Source: Lama glama (Eukaryota). From it: a stretch of DNA of 64,000 nucleotides. The DNA lies in assembly GCA_028534125.1 (NCBI GenBank), contig CM052817.1, forward strand, positions 73,472,001 to 73,536,000, written 5' to 3'. The notes below the pieces were generated by a model. The model was not told the origin of the DNA and ran no database searches. It saw nothing but the letters and a program-made list of their open reading frames with translations. The translations under genes and the position numbers were made by a program. Below are positions 13,131 through 26,700 of this stretch, piece after piece. The number at the start of each line of letters is the position of its first letter. The stretch's first letter is position 1.

Positions 13131-13819
13131 GAGGCCTCTGCAGGTGTTAGCCCTAGATTTGACCTGGAGGGAGGAAAGGATGTGCAACCACCAGTAAATC
13201 CAGGAGATTTAACTGATGTAGATTTGTTTGGCATTTAGGAGCTGAGTTATAATTCTTAAGCCTCCAAGTGTTTGGCAGTTGTCAGGTCCTTATTAGAATA
13301 TTATTTCTGTTGTAGTTATTCCTTTTTAACCCCTGTCCAAGCTGCCTGCCCACTCACTAGATGAATATCCTTAAAACTCCATTTTGATTATGTCTTTCCC
13401 TTGCCAATAAACCTGAAGTATGATTCGTCATACTCTATCAATAAAGGTCAAACCGCAGAGCTTGAGACATAAGACCTTTAAATGACCCTAACTTACATTT
13501 GCAGTTTATCTTTCTGTTTTGTTACCTATACTGCAGCCGGACTGATTTCTTGAACTTGCCTTGAGAAGTCCTGTACTGTCCCTTTATGTTAAACCAACAT
13601 GAACTCATCTTACTTTCTTCTTTGGGTCTTTCTCTTCTCTTCCCTCTCCTTCCCTCCAATTTCTTGTTCTTTTCTCACCTCTTTACTACTTCAAAGCTCA
13701 GCTCAAGTGTCATCACCTAAGTGAAGATTACACACCACCAAGCCATTTAATGCTCGATCCCCATCAATATGCCACTTAGTTTATATTACCTTCATTTATA
13801 AAACTAATTGCGGCAAAGG

Positions 13820-14050
13820 CCTCTGTTTTATAAATCAGAAAGACCTGGTTTGATTTTCAGTTCAGTCACTTATTAGCAACATAGTCTTGGGCACATACCT
13901 TTATTTCTCAGAGTCTCACTTTCTGTCTATAGAATGTAACTATAGGATGATTTTCACGGGGCTGTTTTTGAAGAGCAATTGAGATGATATATGTAAAGTA
14001 GTCAATGCAGTTTTTGGTACTTGGAAACATTCTATAAGTTATTGGTTATT
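13820..14050 (+). mobile_element. MIR SINE
   Basis: TCAGAAAGACCTGGTTTGA...CTCAGAGTCTCACTTTCTGTCTATAGAATG. Confidence 0.65.
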
Positions 14051-15707
14051 ATTATTATTATTAATTTTTTATTTATTTGTATCATCTCCAACTGGATTGA
14101 AAGGCCCTTAAATAATACCTTGTACACTGTTGATACTATCATTTTGTGAGCAGTCATTTTTTCAGGTTTCTGACCTACCACTTTTAGCCCCTGGGGTTCC
14201 TACATAGTCATCTAAATATTAATCCAGTTGTTCAGGTATTGTTTTTAGTAGTCAGTTGTGAGTAGATAACTATAAGCTATGAATGAACACATATGTTCTG
14301 AAAAATGACTAGAACACGAAGGAAAGCAACTGTACTTATTATTCCTATTAATGCAGTTGTTAAAATTAGGCAAAAAATATGATTCAAATTAGTGAGTCTC
14401 TATCTTCATGTAGGATTTCTATTAACTAAGAAGGAAAGAGGCGTTGAGAAACTGATGCTGAAGGTATCTGCCTTGTTAGTATTTTATTTGTTGCAAATGG
14501 TTTTCCAAGCTGTTTCTCTGCCAACCTCAAAGCAAAATACTCTGTCTTGAAAGAAGAAAAATCAGAGGTGTGGTATATTTCTACATGGGAAGCTATTCAC
14601 AGTCAGAGGCCAGGAGAATCCAACTGAATTGTGGATTTGAAGAAGGCCAAGAAAGTACATTTTAAACCGAGCTAAGCATAAGACACTGCCTCATTAAGAG
14701 CAGAGAGTTACAGGAGAGGAGAGCACGTCAACTGCTCTCGATTCTCCTGGAGACGAATAAACACGTCTGCAGAGGCCCAGGAGCTGGTTTTCAGTTTCAA
14801 AAGGAAATAATGCCTATTCTGTCAGTGCAGCTCAAGCTATTCAAAGGCTCCACAGAACAGCCCGACGGGAGCTGGATGCAAGGACTTCATGCAGTAGCTC
14901 TGTGTCATTGGCAGTCTCTTGAAATTGGGACTAAAATTAAAAGTAGTTGAGTGCAACCAATTCTGAAGGTCAGATGGAACACTTTGCTCAGCATGCGGAG
15001 TACAACGTTGATTTTCCTGTTGTGTTCTGCATTGTTGCATGAGATGTTGAACCAGGTCCCTGTGAGTGCATTCACAAATATAAGAGCTGGAAAGCAACTC
15101 GGTCCACAATGACTATTCTGTGATGTTATTTGCTATTTGCCTTGAACTTTAATTGGGCAAGGTTTTTTTGTGAACTTCTTTTATTCTTTTGACACCTGGA
15201 GGCAATGTTTTTCTTTCAATTTGATTGGTCTTTTCCATGGAAACATCTTATGAATGCTTAAATGTTGTACTTTCTAAATTGGTGCTAAGGCGCAGAGAGG
15301 GTTGTTCATCACATACAAAGTGAACCGGGGAAGACTTTTTCTAAGAAGTATTACACAAACTATGTGGTCTCTATGGTTACATACACGATTCTAAAGGAAT
15401 CTGAAATGATGGTTCTGATTTAAGTGTTGATGATTTTGGTGGCTGCTAGTAAGATTATGTGAATGTGAGCTCTGCACCTGTTGAAACTTTAATCTAGACA
15501 TAAGGTAGATCAAATAAGATAAGGGCAGGGAAAGAGATGGTGGTCATTGAATACTGTATGTACCAGAGAGGTCTGTTTTGTGGAGTTAAAGAGCCTCCTG
15601 GGAAAGTGAAAAGTGACAGTGCCTTGGCTCCATAATGGCTCTTCAATAGTCCATAAGTGGAAAAATGTGAATAGGACAAAGGATCCAGGAAATGGCTTCA
15701 CAAAGGG

Positions 15708-15885
15708 CAGCGGTCCTTACACTTTCACTTGCATCAGAATCACTTGGAAGGCTGGCTAAAACAGATTACTGGGCCTATTCCCAGAATGTCTAATTCAGAA
15801 GATCTGGGGTGGGGCCAAGATTCTGCGTCTCTAATAAGTTCCTAGGTGATGCTGATGTACTGCTGGCCCAGCAATCACTGAAATA
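15708..15885. mobile_element. MER5A-like hAT-Charlie MITE
   Basis: TGCATCAGAATCACTTGGAAGG...GGGGTGGGGCCAAGATTCTGC...CTAATAAGTTCCTAGGTGATGCTGATG; a second decayed MER5 follows at about 15905-16060. Confidence 0.8.
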
Positions 15886-16369
15886 AGGCTTTTATTCTTG
15901 CCTTATTTTCTCAAACTTTAATATGTGGGAGAATCACCTTGCAGAGGGTGTAAAAAGTATAACGTCTTAAAAATTATACTGGAGTGAGGTTCAAGACTCT
16001 GTGGTTTGAAAAAAAAACACCCCTAGATATTCTGTTGTAACTGGTCCAGGGACACTGTAGGAACTCCAAGCCATTGGAACATCACTAACCCTTTAGTACT
16101 TGGGTCCTTCATGTTTTCATAACTATTTACGGCTTGACTATCAGGTAAAGACTGTTAAAGTTTTACTATTTCTTGACAAGTAAGAGAAAATAAAATGGAA
16201 ACATTATGATATTTTAATGACTTAATAATACCATGGACCAAATCACATCTTATGAAAATATGATGTATTTTGATACAATAGGATGAGCATTTAGCAAAAC
16301 CTGATACAATATAACAAAACTTGGGCATGATATCAGGTAAAATGTAAGTATACCCAATCTTTTATAGGA

Positions 16370-16590
16370 GGCAGCAAGATATAATGAAAAAGAAGAGGAA
16401 TTTGGAAAGGGACAGGGCAGTTCCTGGCTTCAGCACTTGGAGCCTAGGCACATTACTTAACCTATATGATGATTAGTTTTCTCATCTGTGAAAGGGATTT
16501 AGTAATTCCTGTCTCACATGGCATGAGGAATAAATAGATAATATAGATATAGAGAGAGACTTACTGTAGATGTTTAATAAATGGTAGATA
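16370..16590 (+). mobile_element. MIR SINE
   Basis: TTACTTAACCT...AGTTTTCTCATCTGTGAAAGGG. Confidence 0.65.
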
Positions 16591-17092
16591 TAAAAGGAAG
16601 AAGAAATGATAGGACAGACTGACTCTGAAAGTAAACATTTCCTGTCAAGTTTCTTTCATGTAAGAATTATGAATACAACCCTTGAAGATATAAATTAAAA
16701 CTAAGAAAATTTTAAACTGATTTTTTTAGATAATAGAAAACATATCTTTCTTTGATTAAATAGATATGTGGTATATGCATATTTTCTAGAATGCTTAGAA
16801 AATATTTAAACAGATGAGTGAGGTTGTATATACTGACTTGGCCAAGGTCCATCTGGATAAAAGGAGCAATGTTTTATAATAAGAATATTATATAATATTT
16901 AAGACAATAATTCTATGTATGTATATAAAGTGAACTCTGGAAGTAGTGTTTCTTGTTATACCTAGTTATTCCAAGAGCATCTTTCTCTTTACTTTTATAT
17001 GCTTTATACATAGAATGTCTTCTTTTATGCTTTATATGCTTCCATTGTTTTTGAATGAGAAGGAATAGATGAAACACTCAGTCAGGATTCTT

Positions 17093-18125
17093 TTTTTTTC
17101 TTTTCTTTTAACATTTTTTTTATTCAGTTATAGTCATTTTACAATGTTGTGTCAAATTCCAGTGTAGAGCACAATTTTTCAATTATACATGAACATACAT
17201 ATATTCATTGTCACATTTTTTTCCCTGTGAGCTACCACAAGATCTTGTATATATTTCCCTGTGCTATACAGTGTAACCTTGTTTATCTATTCTGCATATG
17301 CCTGTCAGTATCTACAAATTTTGAAATCCTAGTCTGTCCCTTCCCACCCCTTGCCCCCTTGGCAACCACAAGTTTGTATTCTATGTCTATGAGTCTGTTT
17401 CTGTTTTGTATTTATGTTCATTTTTAAATTTTTTTTTAGATTTCACATATGAGAGATCTCATATGGTATTTTTCTTTCTCTTTCTGGCTTACTTCACTTA
17501 GAATGGCATTCTCCAGGAACATCCATGTTGCTGCAAATGGCGTTATGTTGTCATTTTATAGCTGAATAGTATTCAACTGTATAAATATACCACTTCTTCT
17601 TTATCCAGTCATCTGTTGATGGACATTTAGGCTGTCTCCATGTCTTGGCTATTGTAAATAGTGCTGCTATGAACATTGGGGTGCAGGTGTCTTTTTGAAN
17701 NNNNNNNNNNNNNNNNNNNNNNNNNNNNNNNNNNNNNNNNNNNNNNNNNNNNNNNNNNNNNNNNNNNNNNNNNNNNNNNNNNNNNNNNNNNNNNNNNNNA
17801 TTCTGGCTGGTGTGAGGTGATACCTCATCAAAGTTTTGATTTGCATTTCTCTGATAATTAGTGATATTGAGCATTTTTCATGTGCCTATTGATCATTTGT
17901 ATTTCTTCCTTGGAGAGTTGCTTGTTTAGGTCTTCTGCCCATTTTTGGATTGGGTTGTTTGTTTTTTTTTTTATTAAGTCGTATGAGCGGCTTATACATT
18001 CTAGAGATCAAGCCTTTGTCGGTTTCATTTTTTGCAAAAATTTTTTCCCATTCCGTAGGTTGTCATTTTGTTTTACTTATGGTTTCCTTTGCTGTGGAGA
18101 AGTTTGTAAGTTTAATCAGGTCCCA
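17093..18125 (-). mobile_element. Young L1, ORF2 C-terminus plus 3' UTR, 5'-truncated, spanning the assembly gap
   Basis: Translates to KDTCTPMFIAALFTIAKTWRQPKCPSTDDWIKKKWYIYTVEYYSAIK (L1 ORF2 C-terminus); TSD TCAG(T/C)CAGGATTCTT at 17078-17092 / 18126-18140. Confidence 0.95.
17700..17799. other. Assembly gap (100 N)
   Basis: Run of N inside the L1. Confidence 1.
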
Positions 18126-18185
18126 TCAGCCAGGATTCTTGATGAGACTTTAATGGAGAGATGGTTTAAAGAGAATTGAGTTGGG

Positions 18186-18370
18186 GTGGGGGAGGATATA
18201 TAGTTCAGTGGTAGAATGTATGCTTAGCATACACAAGATCCTGGGTTCAATCCCCAGTACCTCCATTAAGTAAATAAATAAATAAACCTAATTACCCCCC
18301 ACCTCAACAAATTTAAAAAAACCCAAAAACCAAAAACCCAAACAAAACAAAAACAAAAAGCAAAAAAGAA
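18186..18370 (+). mobile_element. tRNA-Ala(AGC)-derived SINE (camelid Vic-1-like)
   Basis: A box TAGTTCAGTGG, B box GGTTCAATCC, (TAAA)n-ACCTAATTACC body, A-rich tail; TSD AATTGAGTTGGG at 18174-18185 / 18371-18382. Confidence 0.9.
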
Positions 18371-18382
18371 AATTGAGTTGGG

Positions 18383-18756
18383 TTGAGGGAACCATCAAGA
18401 GGTGGTGAATTACCATGGGGCAACCACCCTAACCCTTAGGCAAGACCTGAAAGACCAAAGGAAAGACCAAGGTGGAGGAAACTATGTTACTCGAATGTAG
18501 AATGGGAACCACCTGATGGAGGCTGTAGTACTAGAGGAATGCAGCTACTGCCATGAATACAGATTTCAATCTCTGTCTCATTCCACTTTGGGATCCGTTG
18601 CTGGTACGTCCTACTGAATAAATGCAAATGGAAGCCAGTGTGCAGGAGAGCTTGTGTGACACAGTGTGTAGAGATCAGCCTCACAGGATGGGAGCAGGGC
18701 AGAGAAGAAAAGTGAGCAGATGGGAGCTCAAGAGTGCTGAGAAAATAACCAGCACA
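18383..18756 (-). mobile_element. Old MaLR LTR remnant (MLT1K/L-like)
   Basis: Ends AATAACCAGCACA; GGAAGCCAG...GATCAGCCTC...GGAGCAGGGCAGAGAAG motifs. Confidence 0.5.
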
Positions 18757-20089
18757 AACAGTTACTTCTTTTGTAATAAATTAAAAAAAAATGAATTGTC
18801 TTGAGATAAAGCCTGAGGATAAGAAAATGAGATCAAATTTTGCAGGTACGTAAAGGGAAATAGCAAAGAATTTGGTCTGGTTGTAGGACAAATAAAGGGA
18901 AGTAGTGATGATTAATGCTGGAAGAGGCATTTTGAATCAGACAGATAATAATTGTTTTTAATGACAGTTTCAAGATTATAGACATTATTCACTGGATTTT
19001 AATGTAAACTTGAAAAGACTCTTTTTCAGTCATTTTAAATTAAAAGGAAATCTGTAGAATATTATGAAAAGCCAGAGCTTAGTAGGGAAAGTAATGAAAC
19101 CAGGAGACAGGTGGCCATAGTGGAGACAACATTGACTTAGGATCAGAGAGCCAATGGCTAGAATTCTGAATCAGCATTGATTATTACTGTGAACTTGTTC
19201 AGTATAGACTCTGAACTCATTCATCATGGACTAAATGTGCATAATATTTCACATGGCTATTGTGAGATTAAATGAATAAACATATGTAAAATGCTTAGAA
19301 TGAGGTCAAGACATAGCTTTCTGTCAATGGATGATGATACCTACCAGTCTTCAAGTGCCAGAGTTATGCCAGGTGTATCCTACCTACTATCTCTAAGCCT
19401 CCAAGTAAACTCACTGCAGGAGAACTTGGGCTCGGAGTTAAGCCCTTTGCGAGGGGCCTGTTGTTAGCAAGTGGCAGAGTCAGGTCTTGAGGCCAAACCA
19501 GTGGGATTCCAAAGCCAGGCTCTTCCTGTGAAACCACAGTTCACATCCTTTGACTTTTTCTCCTGTAAGGTGCAAACACACCTAAAATAGCTTTCTGAGA
19601 AAAGCCAAAGGATATAATTGTGTAGTAAGTTTTCTTTAAAAATCTGTTCAGGGAAACTATTTAGTTTGGTACTTACAGGCTCCTAATGCAAAGGTATAAA
19701 ATATTTGAATATTTGAATATTATATATGAGGTCGTACAATTTCCAAATGGAAGGACACACTAGAACCAAAGCCTGCTTTTGAAATGTGGCTCAGTAAGTC
19801 ATCTTATTCATCCTCACTCATTAACTCCATATTGTTCTGCATATCACAGTCTGTCTAATAATATTAACTTCTGTAATAGGAATACTCAGGAAGAATTTGT
19901 GAATTTTCCTTATAGTTTTAAAAATTGTGATGTAATTAGAGAAATGTCAAAAACTTTCAAAAGCCTGTAAACTTTCTAATGAGAATAAACACAAAATGAC
20001 AGTGTAGGAATTAATAATAGTAATGTATATTAGAGAGAGAATGTAGTGAGAAAGAAGATTCTGTTGATATTGCTGGAAAAAGCATTAAG

Positions 20090-20450
20090 TACTTCATAAT
20101 GAACTTAGCAAAGGGTATGCATGGACCATACAAAGAAAACTGAACACTTTTTTGGGGAGATGAAAAGGGAGATTTACATAAAGGATGGATGAGATGACAA
20201 TTATTGGGATGTAGATTCTTATCAAGTCTATTTATAGACTGAATGCAATGTAATAAATCTAGTTGGACTTTAAGGAATTAAACTGTCAACAAATTGATAC
20301 TAAGCTTTAATTGGGAAAGACAGAGGCATGACTATAAAAGTATATTCTGGAACGATAAGAACGAGGAAGGATATATTTTACTAGATGTAGGGACACACAT
20401 AAAGCAGCAGAAGTTAGGACTAAGGATGAGTGGAACTGAAAAGAGAAAAA
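20090..20450 (+). mobile_element. Highly decayed L1 ORF2 fragment
   Basis: TATAGACTGAATGCAAT...CAAATTGATACTAAGCTTTAATTGGGAAAG resembles ORF2 in sense orientation. Confidence 0.55.
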
Positions 20451-20614
20451 GGATATGTATACACACATACTTAAATTATTATTATTTGTAGAAATTTGAC
20501 AATATTTAAATATCATTAAAAAGATAATGGCTAAGAAAATTAGGAAACAGCAGCTCAGTGCACAAATTTGCAGATATTACAATGACATGTATGAACAGTA
20601 GGCAGTGACATGGA

Positions 20615-20775
20615 AAATAATTATAATAATATTAATAATTATAATTTATAATAATCATCTCACATATTATATAATTTAATTATATGATATTTATTATATA
20701 AATTATGTTATATAATTTATAATATATTGTAATTATTTATAATAAAATAATAATTATAAACAATAAATAAGAAAA
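20615..20775. repeat. AT-rich low-complexity tract
   Basis: Imperfect TAA/TATA repeats. Confidence 0.85.
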
Positions 20776-21242
20776 ATAATGCATTTTGTACTTATATATC
20801 TTGTGTATGATATGTTTAAAGGAGAACATATTTGTACTTGTGCTAGATGTATGTTCACCTGTTTAAACAAGTACATATTTATATTCGTAGATTGAAAGAG
20901 AAAGAACATGGATAAATAAAAAGTGTTAAATTCAGATAGTGGAATAAGAGTGATTTTTGTTGTTTCTAAAATTATTTTACTATTTTTGTAATGTTTAACA
21001 TTAAAAGTTTTAGTATAGATTATGTGAACTTTCATACAGAATATAACAAAAGCATCAACCACAGTGTATTGGCTAAATATTGTTTGGCATACTAAATTTG
21101 AACCAATGAAAATAATTCTCAAGTATAAACACAAGAATTTACCTTGTTCTCAATTATCTTGACCATCTCAAATCTGTTAATGTTGCTTAAAGTTCCTTAT
21201 GAATAGATAAACATTTTCATAGTTTCTTAAATCTGTTCCTCT

Positions 21243-21320
21243 TTTTTAAAAATATATATTTTTATTAAAGTACAGTCAGTTTACAATGTTGTGTCAGTTT
21301 CTGGTGTACAGCACAATGTG
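21243..21320 (-). mobile_element. Very short L1 3' end
   Basis: TTTTATTAAAGTACAGTCAGTTTACAATGTTGTGTCAGTTTCTGGTGTACAGC. Confidence 0.8.
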
Positions 21321-21550
21321 TATGCTATTTTTCCATCTTTTCATCTACTCTGTTTTGCCTAGTTTTCTGAGCTCTTGAAATATTTACATATTTTCAGTTG
21401 CTCTTTTGCATTTATAATGGAGTCACAATTTTCTTATAAATGAATTTATTAGTGCATACTATAGACCTATTTTTATTATAAATGTAAAAGCTGTTCTTAA
21501 TGATAAATTGAAGTGATTTCAAACTTATATTTCCTTTTTTGTTCTTTTAG

Positions 21551-21611
21551 GTAAGTAACTGAACAGGGACATGAAGAACTGATATTTCAAATGACAGCCA
21601 TGTTGCAAAAG
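21551..21611 (+). other. Candidate recursive splice site (AG|GTAAGT) and 61-nt poison RS-exon
   Basis: AG-free stretch 21514-21548 containing TTTCCTTTTTTGTTCTTTT, AG at 21549-50, then immediately GTAAGT. A downstream donor AAG|GTACTT lies at 21611/21612. Stops TAA 21552, TAA 21556 and TGA 21560 cover all three frames; GAAGAA ESE-like motif at 21573. Confidence 0.7.
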
Positions 21612-22849
21612 GTACTTTTAGTATTCTAATATTATTGTAGAAGGAATTCTATAAAAAGACACAGAGGTTGGAATGTATAAGTTCTAGTTTGGTAAAAACA
21701 AATTTTTGTGTAAACAGAAATATAAAGATGTTATAGTTTTAATAACAGTGTAATTATGAGAAATGTAACACCTATATGATAGGGCTTTTCTTTCTGTAGT
21801 CTAGGAAATTGTTGTCAGCATTATCTGGGAAGGGAAAGATGAATAAGTTGATCACATTGTCAACATATTCATTGGTGGAATGAGGGAGGTGGGGGAAAGA
21901 AATTAGATGCAACAGATAAAATGAACATATTGGGATTTGTGCATCAAAGTCATCTATTTTCCCTAGGGCTTATGATTTGTTTTCTGTGATCAAAAAATTA
22001 TCTTCAAAATAGCTCATAAAATTGATTGCTCTAAGCTTGTCAATAAGGCAGTTTGATTCTGGATAATTCAAATAGATTGCATCAGTGTGGAGAATTCTCC
22101 AGATTCTATTTATATTAAAAAATTTTAAATAAAAGGGAGGGAAATATTACACTTAAAGAAATAATAGAACATAAATGTCTTGGATAGCTATTGTATGCAC
22201 GGTTTGGGGAAATCTGATTTCTTTCTAAAGTTATAAACCTTGTCTAGAAGAATCTCTTTATTTCCAAGAAGAAATATTTAAAGTATTATAGAAACCATGG
22301 TGTCTGGTTACGAGGAAACAATTGCATTATGAACTATTTCATGAGCTGTGTGATGTCATTAACTGCAGTCACGCAAAAGACCAGTGACATTTTAGATGCA
22401 GTGAAGCGTATTGGTCCTTTATACTAAATTAAAAATTCATTACAATGAATAAAAGATATATGAGAATACTAAAAGAGAAGAAACCAACTCAACATTTATA
22501 TAAAATTAGAATTTTAAAAAATTTCTAATTTTTGCTTAGAAATTTCCTGAAGGGCCTTACAAAACTCTGGGCAGGTGCAATGAAGAGACTTAATTTGGAG
22601 AGAAGTTAAAAGAAAGGAAAATAATTTTACACCAATAAGCTTATACTCTTCTAATGGTCATTTAATTAGCATGAATTTTATTTACTTTGTGGTAATTTTT
22701 TGAGTGTCAAATGAGAAATTAAGCAATTAATTAGTACTGATGATGAGAGAGCACTAATCAGCTTGGGCTATTTTTAGGAAGGGCAGATATTCCTCTGTCT
22801 TATTGTATTAATATATTACAATACAATTTACTTCACTTGAGACACCAGT

Positions 22850-23720
22850 AAGACTTCTGAGTGTAAGTGCTAAGCTGGCAGTCAAGTAGATGAGTCTTAG
22901 AAACTCAGAGTAGAGATCTGTGGTAGATTTTGGAAACCATTGTCTCACATTTGGTAACTAAGACCATGGGGTTCATGAGACCACCTTTGTAGAGATTATA
23001 TAGAGACCACTTTTTTATAGAGACCACTTTTTGTAGAGACATCTTTATCTGATAAAGAACAGAGGACCAATTCCAATACTTAAAAAAAGGGAGAGAATGG
23101 TAAGATGAGATGGAGTGGCAAATGTTGTCAACAGGTCAAGGAAGATGAAAACTTCAGTAAAACTACACTGGATTTTTCCAAATAAAGGTCCTTAGGGTCC
23201 CTTTGTCTTAGGGAAGTTCATTCCAAGGGAAGTTGTGGTGGCATGGTGGGAGCATAAGCCATCTTGGAGTGGGCTGAAGAATAAATAGGATGTAAAGTGA
23301 TAAAGTTAGCAAAAAATATCGTTCTTGTGAAAAATTTCATCTGCGAATAAAAGTGAAGAGAATCCAGTACCTGGACCAGGATGTTGGGGTGACACAGGGT
23401 CTCAAACATGTTTAAATGTTAATGGGAACAGTGCAGAGAAGGGGAGAGCTTAAAGGGTTTCTGAGAGGGAAGGAAGGGACGGAGCAGTAGTGTGGGAAGG
23501 GGCATTACCCAGAGCTGATGGGAGGATATCCGCCTCAGCATAACTTGGGTAGGAAATGGACAGACACAGATAGGCTTGTAGACTTGGTAGGGGAGGTTTA
23601 GGGGAGTATCAACAAAGGCTTCTATTTCCTCTGTGAAAAGGGTGTGGCCAGAGTAGTTAGGAAGCATTTGAGGAAAGGAGAAAAGTTTGAAGTAGAGTTT
23701 GTGGAGGACGAGAGAGGGAA
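22850..23720 (-). mobile_element. Decayed L2 internal fragment
   Basis: GCTGGCAGTCAAGTAGATGAGTCT...CAAATGTTGTCAACAGGTCAAGGAAGATGAAAACT motifs typical of antisense L2. Confidence 0.55.
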
Positions 23721-26700
23721 AGTTGCATTGGGGACACTGTTGTTAGACAGGGCTGGTACCAATGACTAGGAATTTGTAGTGTCATCAAACTCCTTAAATT
23801 TTTCCAGTGGTCCTAAGCTTCCAACTTTGTTACAATTCTCAGTCAGCCACTGTAGATCATGACAAGCCTTAGGTGGGAGAAGGATTTTTTTAAACCTAAT
23901 ACATAATGACCTTCTGCCATAGAAGAAGAGCCATATTAAAAGACATATAATCATATTAAAATAGAGCCATATTTGAAGACCTAGAAGACCTTAACCTAAG
24001 TAAGGTGTTTTCCTGTAATTTGCATGAATATATGTGTGCTTGTAAGTGTCTATATGTGTGAATATTTCTTTCTAAAAGTCAGAAATCAGAGATCTTTGGC
24101 TTGGAGGTGAAGGATGAGAAAGATATCGAGTATTCTTTTCTCAGGTACTCATTATTGGTGTGTGTCTCCTAATGATAGTATTTGTATGGCAAAATTTCAG
24201 AACACTATTTGACCTTGAGGGAAAGATGACTTTTTTAAAAATCCAAAACTTATGTCTTGTTTGCCACGACCGAAGGGAGTCTGCTGTTTGTAGCTACTCA
24301 GGTGTCTTGGCTTGGCACGTTCTTCTTACTCTGGTGCATGACCTTTGTGTGGTAGAGTTAGACTGCTGAAGTATTAAACAGGCTTGAAGATGAAAACTTG
24401 GTTCATTGACTCTGAATATGCCCATTTAAATAGGAACTCTAAATTTCCACTTCCCATTTTGATTTTTTAGAGTGTTTTTTCTTGAGAGTGTAGAGCTTTT
24501 TATAAAACTGAAGATATCTTTTAGTCCAGAGACATTCAAATGTTTTCTTAGCTGTAAAACCACTTTGCAAGATAAAACCTGGTGTAAATAAAGATAAAAA
24601 CAGAACTATTCTGGTTCCAGTAGGCATGGGGGAACTGGAACCCACTTACTTGGGTCACCTCTTTTCTCTCTTCTTTATCCTACTTTTGGGTAGGTCCCCT
24701 GAGACATCACAGTTGAACCTCCATGAAACATTGTTTGAAAATTACAATCCTAGGTGGTCACAACTATATTGAATTTCATTAAAATATAAAGTCCTTAAGA
24801 TAAATTAACTGTGGTTTTAAGATAAGTTTTTTTCTCTCTAATAAAATAGGTTAGTGTCTATTTTGACTCAAAGTGTATAATTATCTTATGTTGCTAATTT
24901 TAGTGATAATAGATACTAATTTTGGCCAAAGAAACTCCATAAAAACTATTGCTATGTATGTTACAAATCTGGGGTTTGAAAAGCCAGGTACTCAATTTAA
25001 TTAGTTCTCATTTCAGGATGACAAAAGTTTGTAAATGGGAACTGTTTACTAAGCTCCAGAGTAGAACTCTTCTTTATTGTCTTCAAAGGATGAACATATG
25101 ACTATGACAAAGAGGATTTAACTGCCTTGATCTTGAGCAGCCATGAAAGTGTGTGGTATAAGTTATGAAGATGTTGCTCTTCCATGAGGGTTTGACTTTG
25201 TCTAAGGCTAATGGTATCCACAGACATGGAATTGGATGTTTTCAAGAAAATAATATTACCCTTTTGGGAACTAGACATTAGATAAGGTAGATACAGGGAA
25301 TGGTGTAAAAGAAAAAAAAAAGCTAAATTGGAGTACATAGAACTCAGGGTAATAATCTCAGACTAATATGGGACATTATTGAATGTATGATTGGTGCCAC
25401 AATGTCAAATTGTCTTCTTGAGTTATTTTTGATAGTCATAGCAACTGAATGAGATAAATGTTATGACTTGATTTTATATTTGATACAGTCTCGTAGAGGT
25501 TAAGTCGTTCTTCCAAGTTGCACAGTAAATTATCAGCAAATGTAGTGGTATCAAAATTTAGATCCAGATCATTTTATTTCATCACCAGAGTGGCCTAGTG
25601 AAGTCAGACCCAACAGCCAGCTGGGTTTAGAAGTCACTGAAGTGAAGGCGACATTCAAAACTGTTAGAGACGTAGCAGAAGAGGGCTGGTCTTTCACTGC
25701 AGAGTTCTTCCCAAGAAGTTAAGTACCTCCAACAGCTCACTGAGAAAGAGTATCTCTGACAGTCCAATGAGGGTTTGTTTCCTTAGAACCTATTGCCATT
25801 TTCATTGCCTCCAAACAATCCTTTTTTAATATTATGCTGATTAGAGGACTGTCTCTCAGGGATCAGGCCACTTGGGGCTTATGCCGCCAATAACTTTTAA
25901 TATTGAGGCCAGGTGGGAAGAACTCTGGCTGGCTGAGGACTCCTTGTGATATCACTGGCTTGGTAATCTGGCCATTGAAGGGGAGAGCTTTGTCTTTTCA
26001 TTCCAAGATTCGTTTCCTGGGAAAAGAAAGGGAGTTCAGTTCTGGGTTATGTCCTGACATCTTCTACTTAGTGGTATATTCCTGAGTGACACATTAAGAT
26101 CTATATCTACTGGTCTGTGAAATCTTGTTCTAGTTGTAGAGAAGAAAGTGATGGAAGGAAATGAGAACAATTAAAAGGGTTGAATGTGACATCATGTGGG
26201 CCAGATATAAAATTTACAGTCTTGAGTTTTTAAATGGTTTTTCAAGGCTTATTTAAACTGTGTAGGACTACTGGGAGAAAATAGCAAAGGCTAATAAACT
26301 TCTCTCATGTTAAGGAATAGAATACCCTGCATTGACATGATTATTGCTAATGTGTGTATTTTTGTTTGCCTGTGGTGTCAAAAAACACTTAGACCACAGT
26401 GGTGGCAATTTCTTATCTTTTTGTTTAAATCAAATGTAGTATTTGAAACATTTCCTACAGTGATGGATAACTGATGTTTGTTCTGATCAACAATTATAAC
26501 AATTTGCTTAAATTTAGAAAACTCAGGCTCTGTATTTTCTATAATATTTTTCCCCTGGTGATTATATATAATTGGGAGTAATGACAGAATTAAATTTGTT
26601 CCTCTTAATCCATTTAAGTGTTACCAACCATCAAATCAAAGTGGGAGTTTCTAGTCTCTTTCTCTTTCAGCCAAATATAATAGCTATATTATCCTTATAT

